NCBI GenBank assembly: GCA_963832145.1
Contig: CAWHTA010000005.1
Span: 54,562-118,561, forward strand
Direction: 5' to 3'
Length of the DNA stretch: 64,000 nucleotides
Origin: an uncultured Acidobacteriota bacterium
Lineage (GTDB): Bacteria > Acidobacteriota > Thermoanaerobaculia > UBA5066 > Gp7-AA6
In this document: positions 20,690-30,040 of the stretch, piece by piece
Layout of the letters: each line of letters begins with the position of its first letter
Numbering within the stretch: position 1 is the first letter of the stretch
Translations under genes and position numbers: made by a program
Notes under the pieces: generated by a model
The model's database searches: none
Told to the model about the DNA's origin: nothing
What the model saw: only the letters and a program-made list of their open reading frames with translations

Positions 20690-22066
20690 ATGCGTTCCAA
20701 GCCGAAGGCGGTTTCGACGGTGGCCCGTATCGTGCCCCGCCCGAAACCGGGGCCCGCACAACGCCCCTCTCCCCCTCTCGCTCCCGTGCCCTCCCGGACC
20801 GCGAAGCCGAAGGCGGTCACCCCGGAGAACCTGAACCCCTTCGACTTCGCCATCCTGCAGTTCGACAGGGCCGCCGACAAGCTCGGACTCGACGCCGGCA
20901 TCCGCCAGGTGCTGAGCACCCCGAAGCGTCAGCTCATCGTCTCGGTACCGATCAAGATGGATGACGGAACGATCCGCGTCTTCGACGGCTACCGGGTCCA
21001 GCACTCGATCGCGCGCGGACCGTCGAAGGGCGGCATCCGGTACCACCCGGGCGTCACGCTGGACGAGGTCAAGGCCCTCGCAATGTGGATGACGTGGAAG
21101 TGCGCCGTCGTCAACATTCCCTTCGGAGGCGCGAAAGGCGGAATCACCGTCGACACCAAACAGCTCTCGATGGCGGAAAACGAGCGGATGACCCGCCGCT
21201 ACACGTCGGAGATCTCGATCCTTCTCGGCCACGATCGCGACATCCCCGCGCCGGACGTCTACACGACGCCCCAGACGATGGCGTGGATGATGGACACCTT
21301 TTCGATGACGAAGGGGTACTCGACTCTCGGCGTCGTCACCGGCAAGCCGCTCGCTGTGGGGGGCTCGGCCGGCCGCAACGAGGCGACGGCGGAAGGGTGC
21401 TTCGTGGCGATCGAGGAGGCGGCGAAGCGATTGAGCCTTCCCCTCAAGGGTGCGACTGCGGCGATCCAGGGATTCGGCAACGCCGGCGCCGCCGTCTCGA
21501 AGTTCCTCGACGAGGCGGGCGTCAGCGTAGTTGCGGTATCGGACTCGAGCGGCGGGATCTACGACAAGAGAGGCCTCGCGCTCAACGCGGTCGTCGCCGC
21601 CAAGGACCGGAAGGGGTCCGTAACCGCCGCGCGCGGAGAGAAGATCACCAACGACGAGATCCTCGAGCTCCCGGTGGACATCCTCGTTCCTGCGGCGCTC
21701 GAGGGGGTCATCACGCGGGAGAACGCCGCTCGCGTCCAGGCGCAGATCGTCGCGGAGGCCGCCAACGGTCCGACGACGCCCGACGCGGACGACATCCTGC
21801 GAAGCAAGGGCACCGTCGTCATCCCCGACATCCTCGCGAACGCCGGAGGAGTGACCGTGTCCTACTTCGAGTGGGTGCAGGACCTCTACTCCTTCTTCTG
21901 GGAGCCGGACGTGGTTCGCAACCATCTCGAGCGAACGATCCGCCGCGCGTACGAGGAAGTCGACGAGACCGCGCGCCGGCACGGCACCGACCTCCGCACG
22001 GGGGCGCTCGTGCTCGGCGTCGGGCGCGTCGAGGAGGCGCTCCGGATCCGCGGTCTTTTTCCCTGA
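20690..22066 (+). CDS. gdhA: Glu/Leu/Phe/Val dehydrogenase (glutamate dehydrogenase)
   Basis: GPSKGGIRYHP, GGAKGG, DIPAPD and ANAGGVTVSYFEWVQ. Confidence 0.92.
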   Translation: MRSKPKAVSTVARIVPRPKPGPAQRPSPPLAPVPSRTAKPKAVTPENLNPFDFAILQFDRAADKLGLDAGIRQVLSTPKRQLIVSVPIKMDDGTIRVFDGYRVQHSIARGPSKGGIRYHPGVTLDEVKALAMWMTWKCAVVNIPFGGAKGGITVDTKQLSMAENERMTRRYTSEISILLGHDRDIPAPDVYTTPQTMAWMMDTFSMTKGYSTLGVVTGKPLAVGGSAGRNEATAEGCFVAIEEAAKRLSLPLKGATAAIQGFGNAGAAVSKFLDEAGVSVVAVSDSSGGIYDKRGLALNAVVAAKDRKGSVTAARGEKITNDEILELPVDILVPAALEGVITRENAARVQAQIVAEAANGPTTPDADDILRSKGTVVIPDILANAGGVTVSYFEWVQDLYSFFWEPDVVRNHLERTIRRAYEEVDETARRHGTDLRTGALVLGVGRVEEALRIRGLFP

Positions 22067-22077
22067 GGCGGAGAGCG

Positions 22078-22665
22078 CTAGCCGCGGATGAGGATCGCCC
22101 GCACCGGCGACGCGTCGAGGTCGTCGAAGCGAAGCGGCAGCGCCACGAGCTGATAGTCCCCCGGGTCGACCGCGTCGAGCGACAGGTGCTCGAGAAGCGC
22201 CACGCCGCGCGACAGCAGCGTCCGATGCACGGGGAGATCCTCCGCGTCCGGGGGATCGATCGAGAGGGCATCGGTTCCCACCAGGATCGCGCCCCGTTCG
22301 ACGAGCCGCAGGGCGGCGAGCGGGGAAAGGAAGGACCGGCCTTTCGTTCGAAAGAGGACCCGCGGGAACCGGAGACTCCTCGGAGGGAGCGCGTCGGCGC
22401 TCACCTCGCCTTTCCCCGCGAGATCGACGACCCGGGCGCGGCCGACGTAGGCCTCGAGCGAAACGTTCCCGATCGTCGACCCGCCTTCGAGAACGTGGGA
22501 AGGGGCGTCGGCGTGAGTCCCGACGTGTGCGCTCATCGTGTAGCAGGTCGACTCGTAGAGAGAGCGCTCGACGAGTCGGGAAGTGTGCCGGAAGGAGAAC
22601 CGCACGTCGCCCGGCCAGACGGGAGTCTTCTCGTTCACGCGACGCGAGATGTCGTAGATCTTCAG
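22078..22665 (-). CDS. Cyclase family / kynurenine formamidase-like
   Basis: HVGTHADAPSH motif, GTDALSID and DASPVRA. Probable CTG start overlapping the upstream TGA. Confidence 0.85.
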   Translation of the reverse strand: MKIYDISRRVNEKTPVWPGDVRFSFRHTSRLVERSLYESTCYTMSAHVGTHADAPSHVLEGGSTIGNVSLEAYVGRARVVDLAGKGEVSADALPPRSLRFPRVLFRTKGRSFLSPLAALRLVERGAILVGTDALSIDPPDAEDLPVHRTLLSRGVALLEHLSLDAVDPGDYQLVALPLRFDDLDASPVRAILIRG

Positions 22666-23120
22666 CGCATCCGGCGGACGGTCTTTCGCGTCGCGTACCG
22701 TTCCGCGACGTGCGGGTCGTACCCGCGATGACGCGGGTTTAGCGGCAGATCCCGGTACTCGGCGTCGCATCGGTAGCAGATCGTAACCGGTCGGATTCGA
22801 TACGCGACGATCCAGTCGACGACGACCGACACGAGCAGGACCGGCGTGAACCACACCCAGCCGACCTTCCACCCCACGAAGAGCGCGGCGCCGAGCGAGA
22901 GCGCCATGAGGAGGCAGCCGAGCCGCTGATCGAAGTCCTTCTGGAGGAAGAACGCCCGGTTCCCGCAGAATCCGCACCGTTCGACCGGCCCGGCCGGGGC
23001 AACGCCGGGGAGCCGGACGGAATACGCGCTGCCGCACTTCGCGCAGGCGAAGTCGCCGGTTTCGGAAGGACCGTGCTCCCGCGCCGTCAGACACGTCGGG
23101 CAGTAACGCCGGGCGCGCAT
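22662..23120 (-). CDS. Hypothetical Zn-ribbon membrane protein
   Basis: Four CxxC pairs flank two hydrophobic helices. Confidence 0.7.
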   Translation of the reverse strand: MRARRYCPTCLTAREHGPSETGDFACAKCGSAYSVRLPGVAPAGPVERCGFCGNRAFFLQKDFDQRLGCLLMALSLGAALFVGWKVGWVWFTPVLLVSVVVDWIVAYRIRPVTICYRCDAEYRDLPLNPRHRGYDPHVAERYATRKTVRRMR

Positions 23121-23128
23121 CCGGTGGC

Positions 23129-23887
23129 CTACGCGGGAAAGCCGGTCGCGACGGTCAGGTACGAGGCAAGGAGCTCCCCGATCAGCACGAAAATGAGCGC
23201 CACGTAGAGCAGTCCCGTCGCCGCCTGGTTCGACCTCATCTGCGCGGTCCGCCAGATGAAGTAGGACAGCGCGAGCGGCCCGGCGAGACCCCAGAGGACG
23301 CGGAAGAGGAAGAAGAGCGCGTCACGATCCACCGAGAGCAGGGCGTCGAGCCCCTCCGGCCGGGGATTGACGGCCACTGCGGCGCCGAGAAGAACGGTGC
23401 GCGCGGCGGCGAGAGCCGCGAAGAGCGTCGCCCCGCGGGCGAGGAGCTCGAAGGGAAGCGACCGGGACACGAGGTACCAGTGCCCGAGGTTCATCGTCAG
23501 CAGGACGGCGCCGAGAAACAGGCCGCCCAACAGACCACTCGCGACGGTCCAGGCGCCGCCGGGGCCGCGCGGGGCCAGGAGTGCGACCTGTGCCGCCGAC
23601 CAGGCCGCTCCCGCCGCTCCGAGAACCAGGATCGGCCGCGCCGGTCCCGGCTTTCCGGCTTGCGCGGCGAAGGCGTAGGCGCCGAGAAGCGCGGTCGCCG
23701 CGACGGCGACAGTCAAGGGTAAGCCGGTCGGCCGCAGGAGCAGCCCGAGTCCGGCAAAGACCGTCGCAATCGCCGCGTGAAGGGAGAAGAACCCCTTGCC
23801 GAGCGTCCGGGGCGGAAAGAAGAGCAACAGAATCGCGGTTCCGGCGCCGGATTCGAGGAGAAAGAGTCCGAGGCCCGCGCGCGTCAC
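23129..23887 (-). CDS. Hypothetical polytopic membrane protein
   Basis: About 8 TM segments; MNLGHWYLV and SNQAATGLLY motifs. Confidence 0.75.
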   Translation of the reverse strand: MTRAGLGLFLLESGAGTAILLLFFPPRTLGKGFFSLHAAIATVFAGLGLLLRPTGLPLTVAVAATALLGAYAFAAQAGKPGPARPILVLGAAGAAWSAAQVALLAPRGPGGAWTVASGLLGGLFLGAVLLTMNLGHWYLVSRSLPFELLARGATLFAALAAARTVLLGAAVAVNPRPEGLDALLSVDRDALFFLFRVLWGLAGPLALSYFIWRTAQMRSNQAATGLLYVALIFVLIGELLASYLTVATGFPA

Positions 23888-23924
23888 GGCGGGCGATCTT
23901 ATGCCGGCCGCGAGACGGATCGGC

Positions 23925-24569
23925 TCACCCGACGGCGGAGGAACGCTCCGAGAGATCGACGATGTGGCGCGCGATCGTGCCGACGTGTTCCACGAGACCG
24001 TGGTCGCCGCGGGGAATCTCGACGAATCCGGACCCTTCCGACAGGCGGCCCGAATCCTCCCAGCTCTTCCACGTCTTTCGGACGTGATGGAACGGGACGC
24101 TCTCGTCGTTGGTTCCCATCACGAGGATCACGGGCACCGGAGGGGGCTCGGAGTCCTCACCCCGCTCCGCAAGTTCCTCGAAGAAGCGGCGGTGAATCGG
24201 GAGGTCCTTGCCCTGCGCGTGGTGGAAAAAGACCAGAGGATCTCCGGGCGGCAACTTTTCCGTCCACCGGCGACCGAAACCGATCGCCGGCGCGACGAGG
24301 ACGAGAGGAGCTCTCGCGCCGAGGCGGGACACCTCGAGAGCGACCACGGCGCCGAGGGAGCTCCCGACGATCACCGCGGGAGCGTGCTCACTCGCTTGCT
24401 CGGAGGCGAGGCGCGCGATCGCGCGAAAGTCGAGGTCGCGGAAGGACGGCACGTTCAAATCGGGAGCGACGACATCGAGGCCGTGAGGGGCGAGGAGGTC
24501 CCGCAACGCCCCGATCTTTCGGCCCGCCGGCGACGAAGCGAATCCGTGGAGGTAGAGGACCTTCTTCAA
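23925..24569 (-). CDS. YqiA/YcfP-family alpha/beta hydrolase (esterase)
   Basis: LYLHGFASSP, GSSLG, D..VP and GDH. Confidence 0.88.
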   Translation of the reverse strand: MKKVLYLHGFASSPAGRKIGALRDLLAPHGLDVVAPDLNVPSFRDLDFRAIARLASEQASEHAPAVIVGSSLGAVVALEVSRLGARAPLVLVAPAIGFGRRWTEKLPPGDPLVFFHHAQGKDLPIHRRFFEELAERGEDSEPPPVPVILVMGTNDESVPFHHVRKTWKSWEDSGRLSEGSGFVEIPRGDHGLVEHVGTIARHIVDLSERSSAVG

Positions 24570-24608
24570 CGTGGACGAAGGATAGACTCGCCTCAAACCG
24601 GAGGCCAC

Positions 24609-24866
24609 ATGCCGCGTGCGATGACCCGCCGACTGGCGGCGAAGCTCCTTCTCGCAGTTCCCGCCGCGCTCGCGGCGCCCGCTCTCGTCGCGAAGGAACC
24701 GGTGCCGAAGGGGCGTCGCTCCCCCGCGCTCTCGGCTTCCGAAAAGCGCCAGCTCGAAAAGTCCGTCGCACAGTTTCGGAGCCTCGCCGCGAAGATCCGG
24801 GAGATGAAGATCCCCATCGGGACGGAGCCCGCGTTCGTCTTTCGTCCACTCGTTTCGAAGAAATGA
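24609..24866 (+). CDS. Small amidase-partner protein (AtzG/HpxX/GatC-like) with twin-Arg-like N-terminus
   Basis: GGAGG SD, MTRRLAAKLLLAVP, C-terminal EPAFVFRP, and ATGA overlap with the amidase gene. Confidence 0.65.
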   Translation: MPRAMTRRLAAKLLLAVPAALAAPALVAKEPVPKGRRSPALSASEKRQLEKSVAQFRSLAAKIREMKIPIGTEPAFVFRPLVSKK

Positions 24867-26281
24867 CGCCCGAACAGGCGCTCGATTCCACAGTCTCGGA
24901 GGTCGCCCCTCTCGTTCGTTCACGGCAGCTTTCGCCCGTCGCCCTGGCCGAGGCATCACTCGACCGCCTCGAGAAGGAGGGTCGGGCGCTGAACGCGGTC
25001 GCCACGGTCACCTCGGCGCGCGCTCTGGAGGAAGCCCGGGCCGCGCAGAGAGAGATCGAAGCCGGAAACTACCGCGGCCCCCTGCACGGGATCCCCTATG
25101 GCGCCAAGGACCTTCTCGCGACCCGGGGAATCCCCACGGGTTGGGGGGCGCGTCCGCTGAAAGACCAGACGTTCTCCGAAGACGCGACGGTCATTCGGCG
25201 GCTCCGCGAGGCCGGAGCAGTGATCGTCGCGAAGCTCGCGATGATCGAGCTGGCCGGAGGGCTCGGCTACAACACCGCGGCCGCGTCGTCCGCCGGGGCG
25301 ACCAAGAATCCCTGGGACCGGACGCGGTGGAGCTGCGGGTCCTCTTCCGGTTCCGGCTCGGCGACCGCCGCGGGCCTCGTCGGCTTCTCGATTGGCTCCG
25401 AGACGTGGGGCTCGATCCTCTGCCCGTCGGCCTTCGGTGGCGTCACGGGCCTCCGTCCGACGTACGGCCTCGTCCCCCGGACCGGCGCGATGGCCCTTTC
25501 GTGGACCATGGACAAGATCGGCCCGATGGCGAGGTCCGCGGACGACTGCGAGGTCGTGCTTCGCGCGATTGCCGGACCCGACCCCGGCGACCCTTCGTCT
25601 GCCGCGGAAGGTCTCGAGGGCGCGGGGGAAAGTCGGCTCCAGGCGCGCGGCCTCCGGGTCGGAGTCGTCCGCCCGGATTTCGGAAAGATCTACGACCCCG
25701 AGGTCGCGGCGGCGTTCGAGGAGACGGTGCGAACCATTTCCGGCCTGGGCGTCACGACCTCGGAAGCAAAGCTTCCCGACCTCCCGTTCGACGAGACGGC
25801 GGTGCTCATGATCGTCGTCGAAGCCGCTGCGGCCTTCGAGCCGCTGATCACCTCGGGGAAAGTTCGCGAACTGGTGGAACCCGCCGTGAGGTGGGCGGGA
25901 GACGCTGCCCGCACGGTCAGCGCGCTCGACTACGTTCGCGCCATGCAGGCCCGCCGCCTGATTCAGCAGGCTCTCGGGGAAGTCCTCGAGCGGTTCGACG
26001 TACTGATCTCACCGACACTGCCCATTACGGCGCCGAAGATCTCCGACAAGCTCGAGACCTCCTTCGCGTACAGCGATCCAGTCGGTTCGGGCGGAAACCT
26101 GGCCGGATTGCCGGCCCTCTCTCTCCCCTGCGGGTTCTCGAAGGCCGGACTTCCGATTGGCTTTCAGATCGTCGGCCGACCCCTCGGAGATCTTCAGGTG
26201 CTGGCTTTCGGCCGTCTCTTTCAGGAGAGCACCGACTGGCACCAGCGCCGGCCACCAAAGTCGACTGCCGCCCCGGCCTAG
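24863..26281 (+). CDS. Amidase signature family protein
   Basis: PLHGIPYGAKDL, GSSSGSGSA and GSETWGSILCPS. Confidence 0.93.
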   Translation: MTPEQALDSTVSEVAPLVRSRQLSPVALAEASLDRLEKEGRALNAVATVTSARALEEARAAQREIEAGNYRGPLHGIPYGAKDLLATRGIPTGWGARPLKDQTFSEDATVIRRLREAGAVIVAKLAMIELAGGLGYNTAAASSAGATKNPWDRTRWSCGSSSGSGSATAAGLVGFSIGSETWGSILCPSAFGGVTGLRPTYGLVPRTGAMALSWTMDKIGPMARSADDCEVVLRAIAGPDPGDPSSAAEGLEGAGESRLQARGLRVGVVRPDFGKIYDPEVAAAFEETVRTISGLGVTTSEAKLPDLPFDETAVLMIVVEAAAAFEPLITSGKVRELVEPAVRWAGDAARTVSALDYVRAMQARRLIQQALGEVLERFDVLISPTLPITAPKISDKLETSFAYSDPVGSGGNLAGLPALSLPCGFSKAGLPIGFQIVGRPLGDLQVLAFGRLFQESTDWHQRRPPKSTAAPA

Positions 26282-26427
26282 AACATCGGAAAAGGTTTCG
26301 CCCGCTCGCGACGGAGTTGGCGCCGGAGGTCCGAATCCCGCACACGCGGTTCCGGGCGGTCTTTCTTCGGCGGCCGCAATGCCGCGACGAGCTTTCGCCA
26401 GAGACGAATGATGATGCTTTCTCTCAC
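26278..26427 (-). CDS. Putative 49-aa basic small protein (MRESIIIRLWRKLVAALRPPKKDRPEPRVRDSDLRRQLRRERAKPFPMF)
   Basis: Translated by hand. The GTG start overlaps the TPR gene TGA (GTGA), and the ORF fills the gap exactly to the convergent amidase stop. Confidence 0.5.
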   Translation of the reverse strand: MRESIIIRLWRKLVAALRPPKKDRPEPRVRDSDLRRQLRRERAKPFPMF

Positions 26428-27877
26428 GCCTTCGGTTTGGAGGCGTCGCGAATGTCGGCCGGCAGGAGCTTCCGCTGCCGAATTGCTTCCCTCAGCAGGT
26501 TCACCGCAATCACCGCGTCCGCGAGCATCCCGTGCTCCTCAAGCATCGGCAGTGCGGCGCGGATCTCAGTTTCCGCTTCCCTCGGCCGACCCATGGCAAG
26601 GTACGTCTCCGCGATGAGCATGCGGTGGTACCCCTCCGGCCACGTCATTCCGAGCCGGGCGTGATCCTGACGGCTCATCTCGAGGAGGTTCAAAGCCTCG
26701 TCGAATCTCCCTTGCGAGCGATAAATGCAGGAAATCATGGAGTTCAGGTCGGCTAGGCCGACGTATTGCTTGCCCTCCCTAAGGAGACGTGCCGCTTCGC
26801 CGAACTCTTCAAGAGCTTGGTCATACTGCGCCAGGTTCTGATGAATGTCCCCAGATTGAAGCAGTACCCAACCGAAAAGTGCCGGCCGTATCCTCGATCG
26901 CCAGTGTCGTACGGGCTCCAGCACATCGAGTGCGTCATTAGGGAGGCCCGCAAGTTTCAGAGCACCCGCCCAGAGAATGCGACACTTGACACGGCCCTCC
27001 TCCATGCCCAGGTTGGTGAACGCGGCTGTCGAGTTGCGGGGCGACTTTCCCGACGATCTCCAGGCTACCGAGGGTATAGAAGATCGTTAGGCGCTGATAT
27101 AGGACTTTTGCCAGCCCCGGCTTGCGGATTTACGCCAGCTCCGAAATGATTCTCGGCAAGGTCAAGCCACCTCCCACTCTCGGTAAGCGTTTCCCACCCC
27201 ACGCAGCGCTGCTCCCAATAGCACTGCAGCTTCCCCGAGAAAGTAGAGACGAAGATCCGGTTCCATGTCTCCCGTTTCATGCTCGAGAGAGGCATAGACC
27301 GTCCGGAGTGCGTTCGAAACTCCTTTTGGATCTGTTTCGACGCTGTCGTGGAGATATATCAATGCTTGGAAAATGCTCTCGGCGCTACAATCGGAAGGAA
27401 ATCTTCGGAGCCTTCGAACCAACCAGCAGCCAGGTCATTGAAAATGGATGTCCTGAAGACGCTCTTGTACTCAGCCTCCCATCGATGAGCCTCTCCCGAT
27501 TGATCGAGGATTCTAGATGCGCGCCAAGCAACAAACGCGAACGAGCAAAGAAGCGATTCTTTCTCCTCAAGCGCGTCTTCCGGCCAACGCACGTTCTCCA
27601 GACGTGCGCGGATCTGCCCTGCTTCTTCGAGGGAACGCTGAGGGGTGGAGGCGCAATCGGTCATCAGAGCGCGGCAAACAGCGTGGAGTAGGTCCGTCGA
27701 TTCGTCCTGTTGCTCTAGATCCACCCTTGGCTGAATACCGGCCGCAACGTCCAGGCGAAACCGGATCCCTCGTTCCATCGAATCTCTTACGGAAAAACCC
27801 GTCGCGACCGAGACATCGGGAGCGATCTCAAGCCAAAAGGGAATCAGATCGAGCAGATGCGAGTCACTAACTCGAAT
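26424..27877 (-). CDS. TPR-like helical repeat protein 1 (frameshifted)
   Basis: Pieced together from ORFs 27359-27778, 27162-27422, 27065-27295 and 26424-27005. TPR-like helices include IYRSQGRFDEALNLL and IAETYLAMGRPREA. Start uncertain (ATT 27877 after AAGGAGG, or ATG 27778). Confidence 0.7.
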
Positions 27878-28269
27878 GGTCTCCTCCTTGAGGTTCCGTT
27901 TCCCCGTAACCTTCCGGACCCTCCCACTGGTCTTCCCGGACGGCCATCCGCGATTCGGACGGGGACCATTTGGTGACCAGTTTCGCCCGTCGGACCAGTT
28001 TGCGCTGGAAATTTACCGCCAAGTGGTCGACGACCTGTATTAGCCACGCTTTAGGGTTCTTTGAAGGATCGAGTTTCACAAGGGCGACAATAAACGCTTC
28101 CTGAACGACGTCTCGGGCGTCTTCCTTCTCGAAGCCGATGCCTCCACGTTGCTCGGCGGACGAGCGGGAGGAAGTACTGTCGATAGAACTCATCGAATAG
28201 CGCCGGATCGGACAAGAGGGGGTTGCCGGGGACATTCCCGGCCGCGATCTGCTTCCCCTTCCCTTTCAC
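27867..28269 (-). CDS. ECF sigma-70 region-2-only protein 1 (one frameshift near 28130)
   Basis: FDEFYRQYFLPLVRRA..EDARDVVQEAFIVAL..NPKAWLIQVVDHLAVNFQRK matches ECF sigma2. No region-4 HTH follows. Confidence 0.72.
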
Positions 28270-28339
28270 AATTCTCGCTTCGCGCCAAGGTCTCAATATG
28301 TATTGTCGCGAGGATGCGGAACAGGGGATTCGGGTAGAC

Positions 28340-28360
28340 GAGCCGCCCTGACGGCGGTTC
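28340..28360 (-). terminator. Hairpin directly after the TPR protein 2 stop
   Basis: GAACCGCC-gtcag-GGCGGCTC on the minus strand; no U-tract. Confidence 0.35.
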
Positions 28361-29481
28361 CTAACCGGCTTGGAGGTGGGCTTTTAGCTCTTGCAGGGCT
28401 TTGGGATCGGCCTTCCGCCGGCTGACCGACTCGCGAAGCAGGGCAGCCGCCGCGAAAGCTTCGGGAACCATCTGAATCTCATCGATCACCGGAAGGGCGG
28501 CCAGAATCTCCCACTCCGCTTCGCGCTCACGCCTCATCTCGAGCAGTGTTTCTGCAATTACGAGATGGGTGTAAGCGACCTGTCCTCTCAATTCCAGAGC
28601 CCGATAGTCGCCCTGAGCTGCTCGGAAAGCCAGCTCGGCTTCGCCAAGCGAGCCCATGGCCTTATGAACACCGCCCACGTAGAGCTTTAGATCAGCCTTG
28701 GCCAGGCACAATTCTTGACCTTCCAAAGGAGCCAAGGCCTTCTGAAAGGCCGCCATGGCCAATCCGAACTGGCCTACCAACTGCCTGAGGTCGCCGAGTT
28801 CGCTCAAGATTCGCGCGCGCAGCGAAGCATCGTTTCTTAGGGCCGGAGCGTCATGGAGATCGCCGAGGGATTCGATCGCCCTGTGAGTGCTCGCCCAGTC
28901 TGCTTGAGCGTCATGGCGAGAAGGAGAGTGCATTTCGCCGCGTCGACTTCCATCCGGAGTTTTCGGAAGCTCGATTGGAGTGAGGGCGCGAGCTCCAGAT
29001 ACGTGCTGATACCGACCCATTTCGAATCGAAGGGCCAACGCGCATACGCAACGTTCGCGAGGCCCAGGCGCAGGGTTCATGGTGTGCCGAAAACCAGCCT
29101 CTGCCCGATCGAGCCAGAGCAAGGCTTCTTCTCGTTTGCCAAGCTACACGGGATGCTCCAGACGCCAGAAGAGCAAACTCGCCGAGGGCATAGTCGCGCT
29201 CGTCGAACAGTCCGAGGTAAAGCCCGGCCTCGCGATCCATTCATAGACTTCGCGCGTTCCCGCTCTAGGACTATGCCGGGGTCGGCATCTCGTCCTCAAA
29301 ACCGCGCAGATCGACAAGAGAACATCTGGATTCGAGAAGTGCTGCTCCCGATGCGCATTCGGTTCTTTCCTCTGTCGGAATGGAAAGATAGTCACGCGCC
29401 TCGACTTCGGCCTCCTGAGGCGAAAGCCAGGCCTTCTCCGGCCGGGACCGGGAAGTGGAGGATCTTGGCGTTAAGACTCAT
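28361..29481 (-). CDS. TPR-like helical repeat protein 2 (frameshifted), paralog of protein 1
   Basis: Starts MSLNAKILHFP, overlapping the upstream gene. Pieces are ORFs 29144-29395, 28911-29240 and 28361-29122. C-terminus IAETLLEMRREREAEWEILAALP..LLRESVSRRK aligns with protein 1. Confidence 0.72.
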
Positions 29482-29887
29482 TCGGTGTCCGAAAATTCAG
29501 GAGTTCAAGGCTTCGTGAGAAGTCGCGAGCAACGTCGAGCGGTTCACGCTCCAGGAGTCGCTGGAGTTTTTCGTCAGAGGTTCGCGCACCGGAGCCGAGT
29601 ACGTATCGTTGGTACTCCCTTGCAAACTGACAGCACGCGACAAGAAGAAAGGGGCGGGCGTCGCGTGCTGAGGAATTGCCGGGCCGGTAGCAGAAACGGA
29701 GGAACCAAACGTACAGGTCTTTCTCGAGTTCGAGCGCTTCCGATTCGCTGAGCTGGTAGTGCGTGACGAGCGCGATGTGAATGAGACCGAGAGTTTCCTG
29801 GAAGACGGCGCGAACGTCTTTCTCGAAGGTCTCCGCGCTCGAGCGCGAGCCCATCAGATCGTCCACTGCATCCATCGCCATCTCCAT
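29471..29887 (-). CDS. Degenerate sigma-70 region-2-like protein 2
   Basis: Intact 138-aa ORF. YQLSESEALELEKDLYVWF..ARPFLLVACCQFAREYQR parallels the sigma2 DAEDLVQE..WL..IA.N...D..R pattern. Confidence 0.55.
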   Translation of the reverse strand: MEMAMDAVDDLMGSRSSAETFEKDVRAVFQETLGLIHIALVTHYQLSESEALELEKDLYVWFLRFCYRPGNSSARDARPFLLVACCQFAREYQRYVLGSGARTSDEKLQRLLEREPLDVARDFSRSLELLNFRTPNES

Positions 29888-30007
29888 ATGTTCTTGGGAG
29901 TCGGGCGGAGCTTAAATGGTGGGAAGCAGAAATGCAAATCCCCTTCCCCAAAGATTCACAATGGAAGGAAGAGGCTTAGATTGTGTGAGTTGAGGGCCTA
30001 CGAAGCC

Positions 30008-30040
30008 CTAGTTAGGAACGCTGCCCCTAAGACTGGGCAT
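30008..30040 (-). CDS. Micro-ORF, 10 aa MPSLRGSVPN
   Basis: GAAAGGAGG-atttc-ATG, hairpin AGGGCTTCGTAGGCCCT at the stop, and candidate promoter TTGCTG-N16-GACAAT at 30102-30075. Confidence 0.6.
   Translation of the reverse strand: MPSLRGSVPN

Noticed and set aside
9637-22731. Long antisense and alternate-frame ORFs over nuo/gdh (and similar ones elsewhere)
   Set aside because: They are shadow ORFs expected in high-GC coding DNA: Arg/Gly/Pro-rich with no recognisable motifs.
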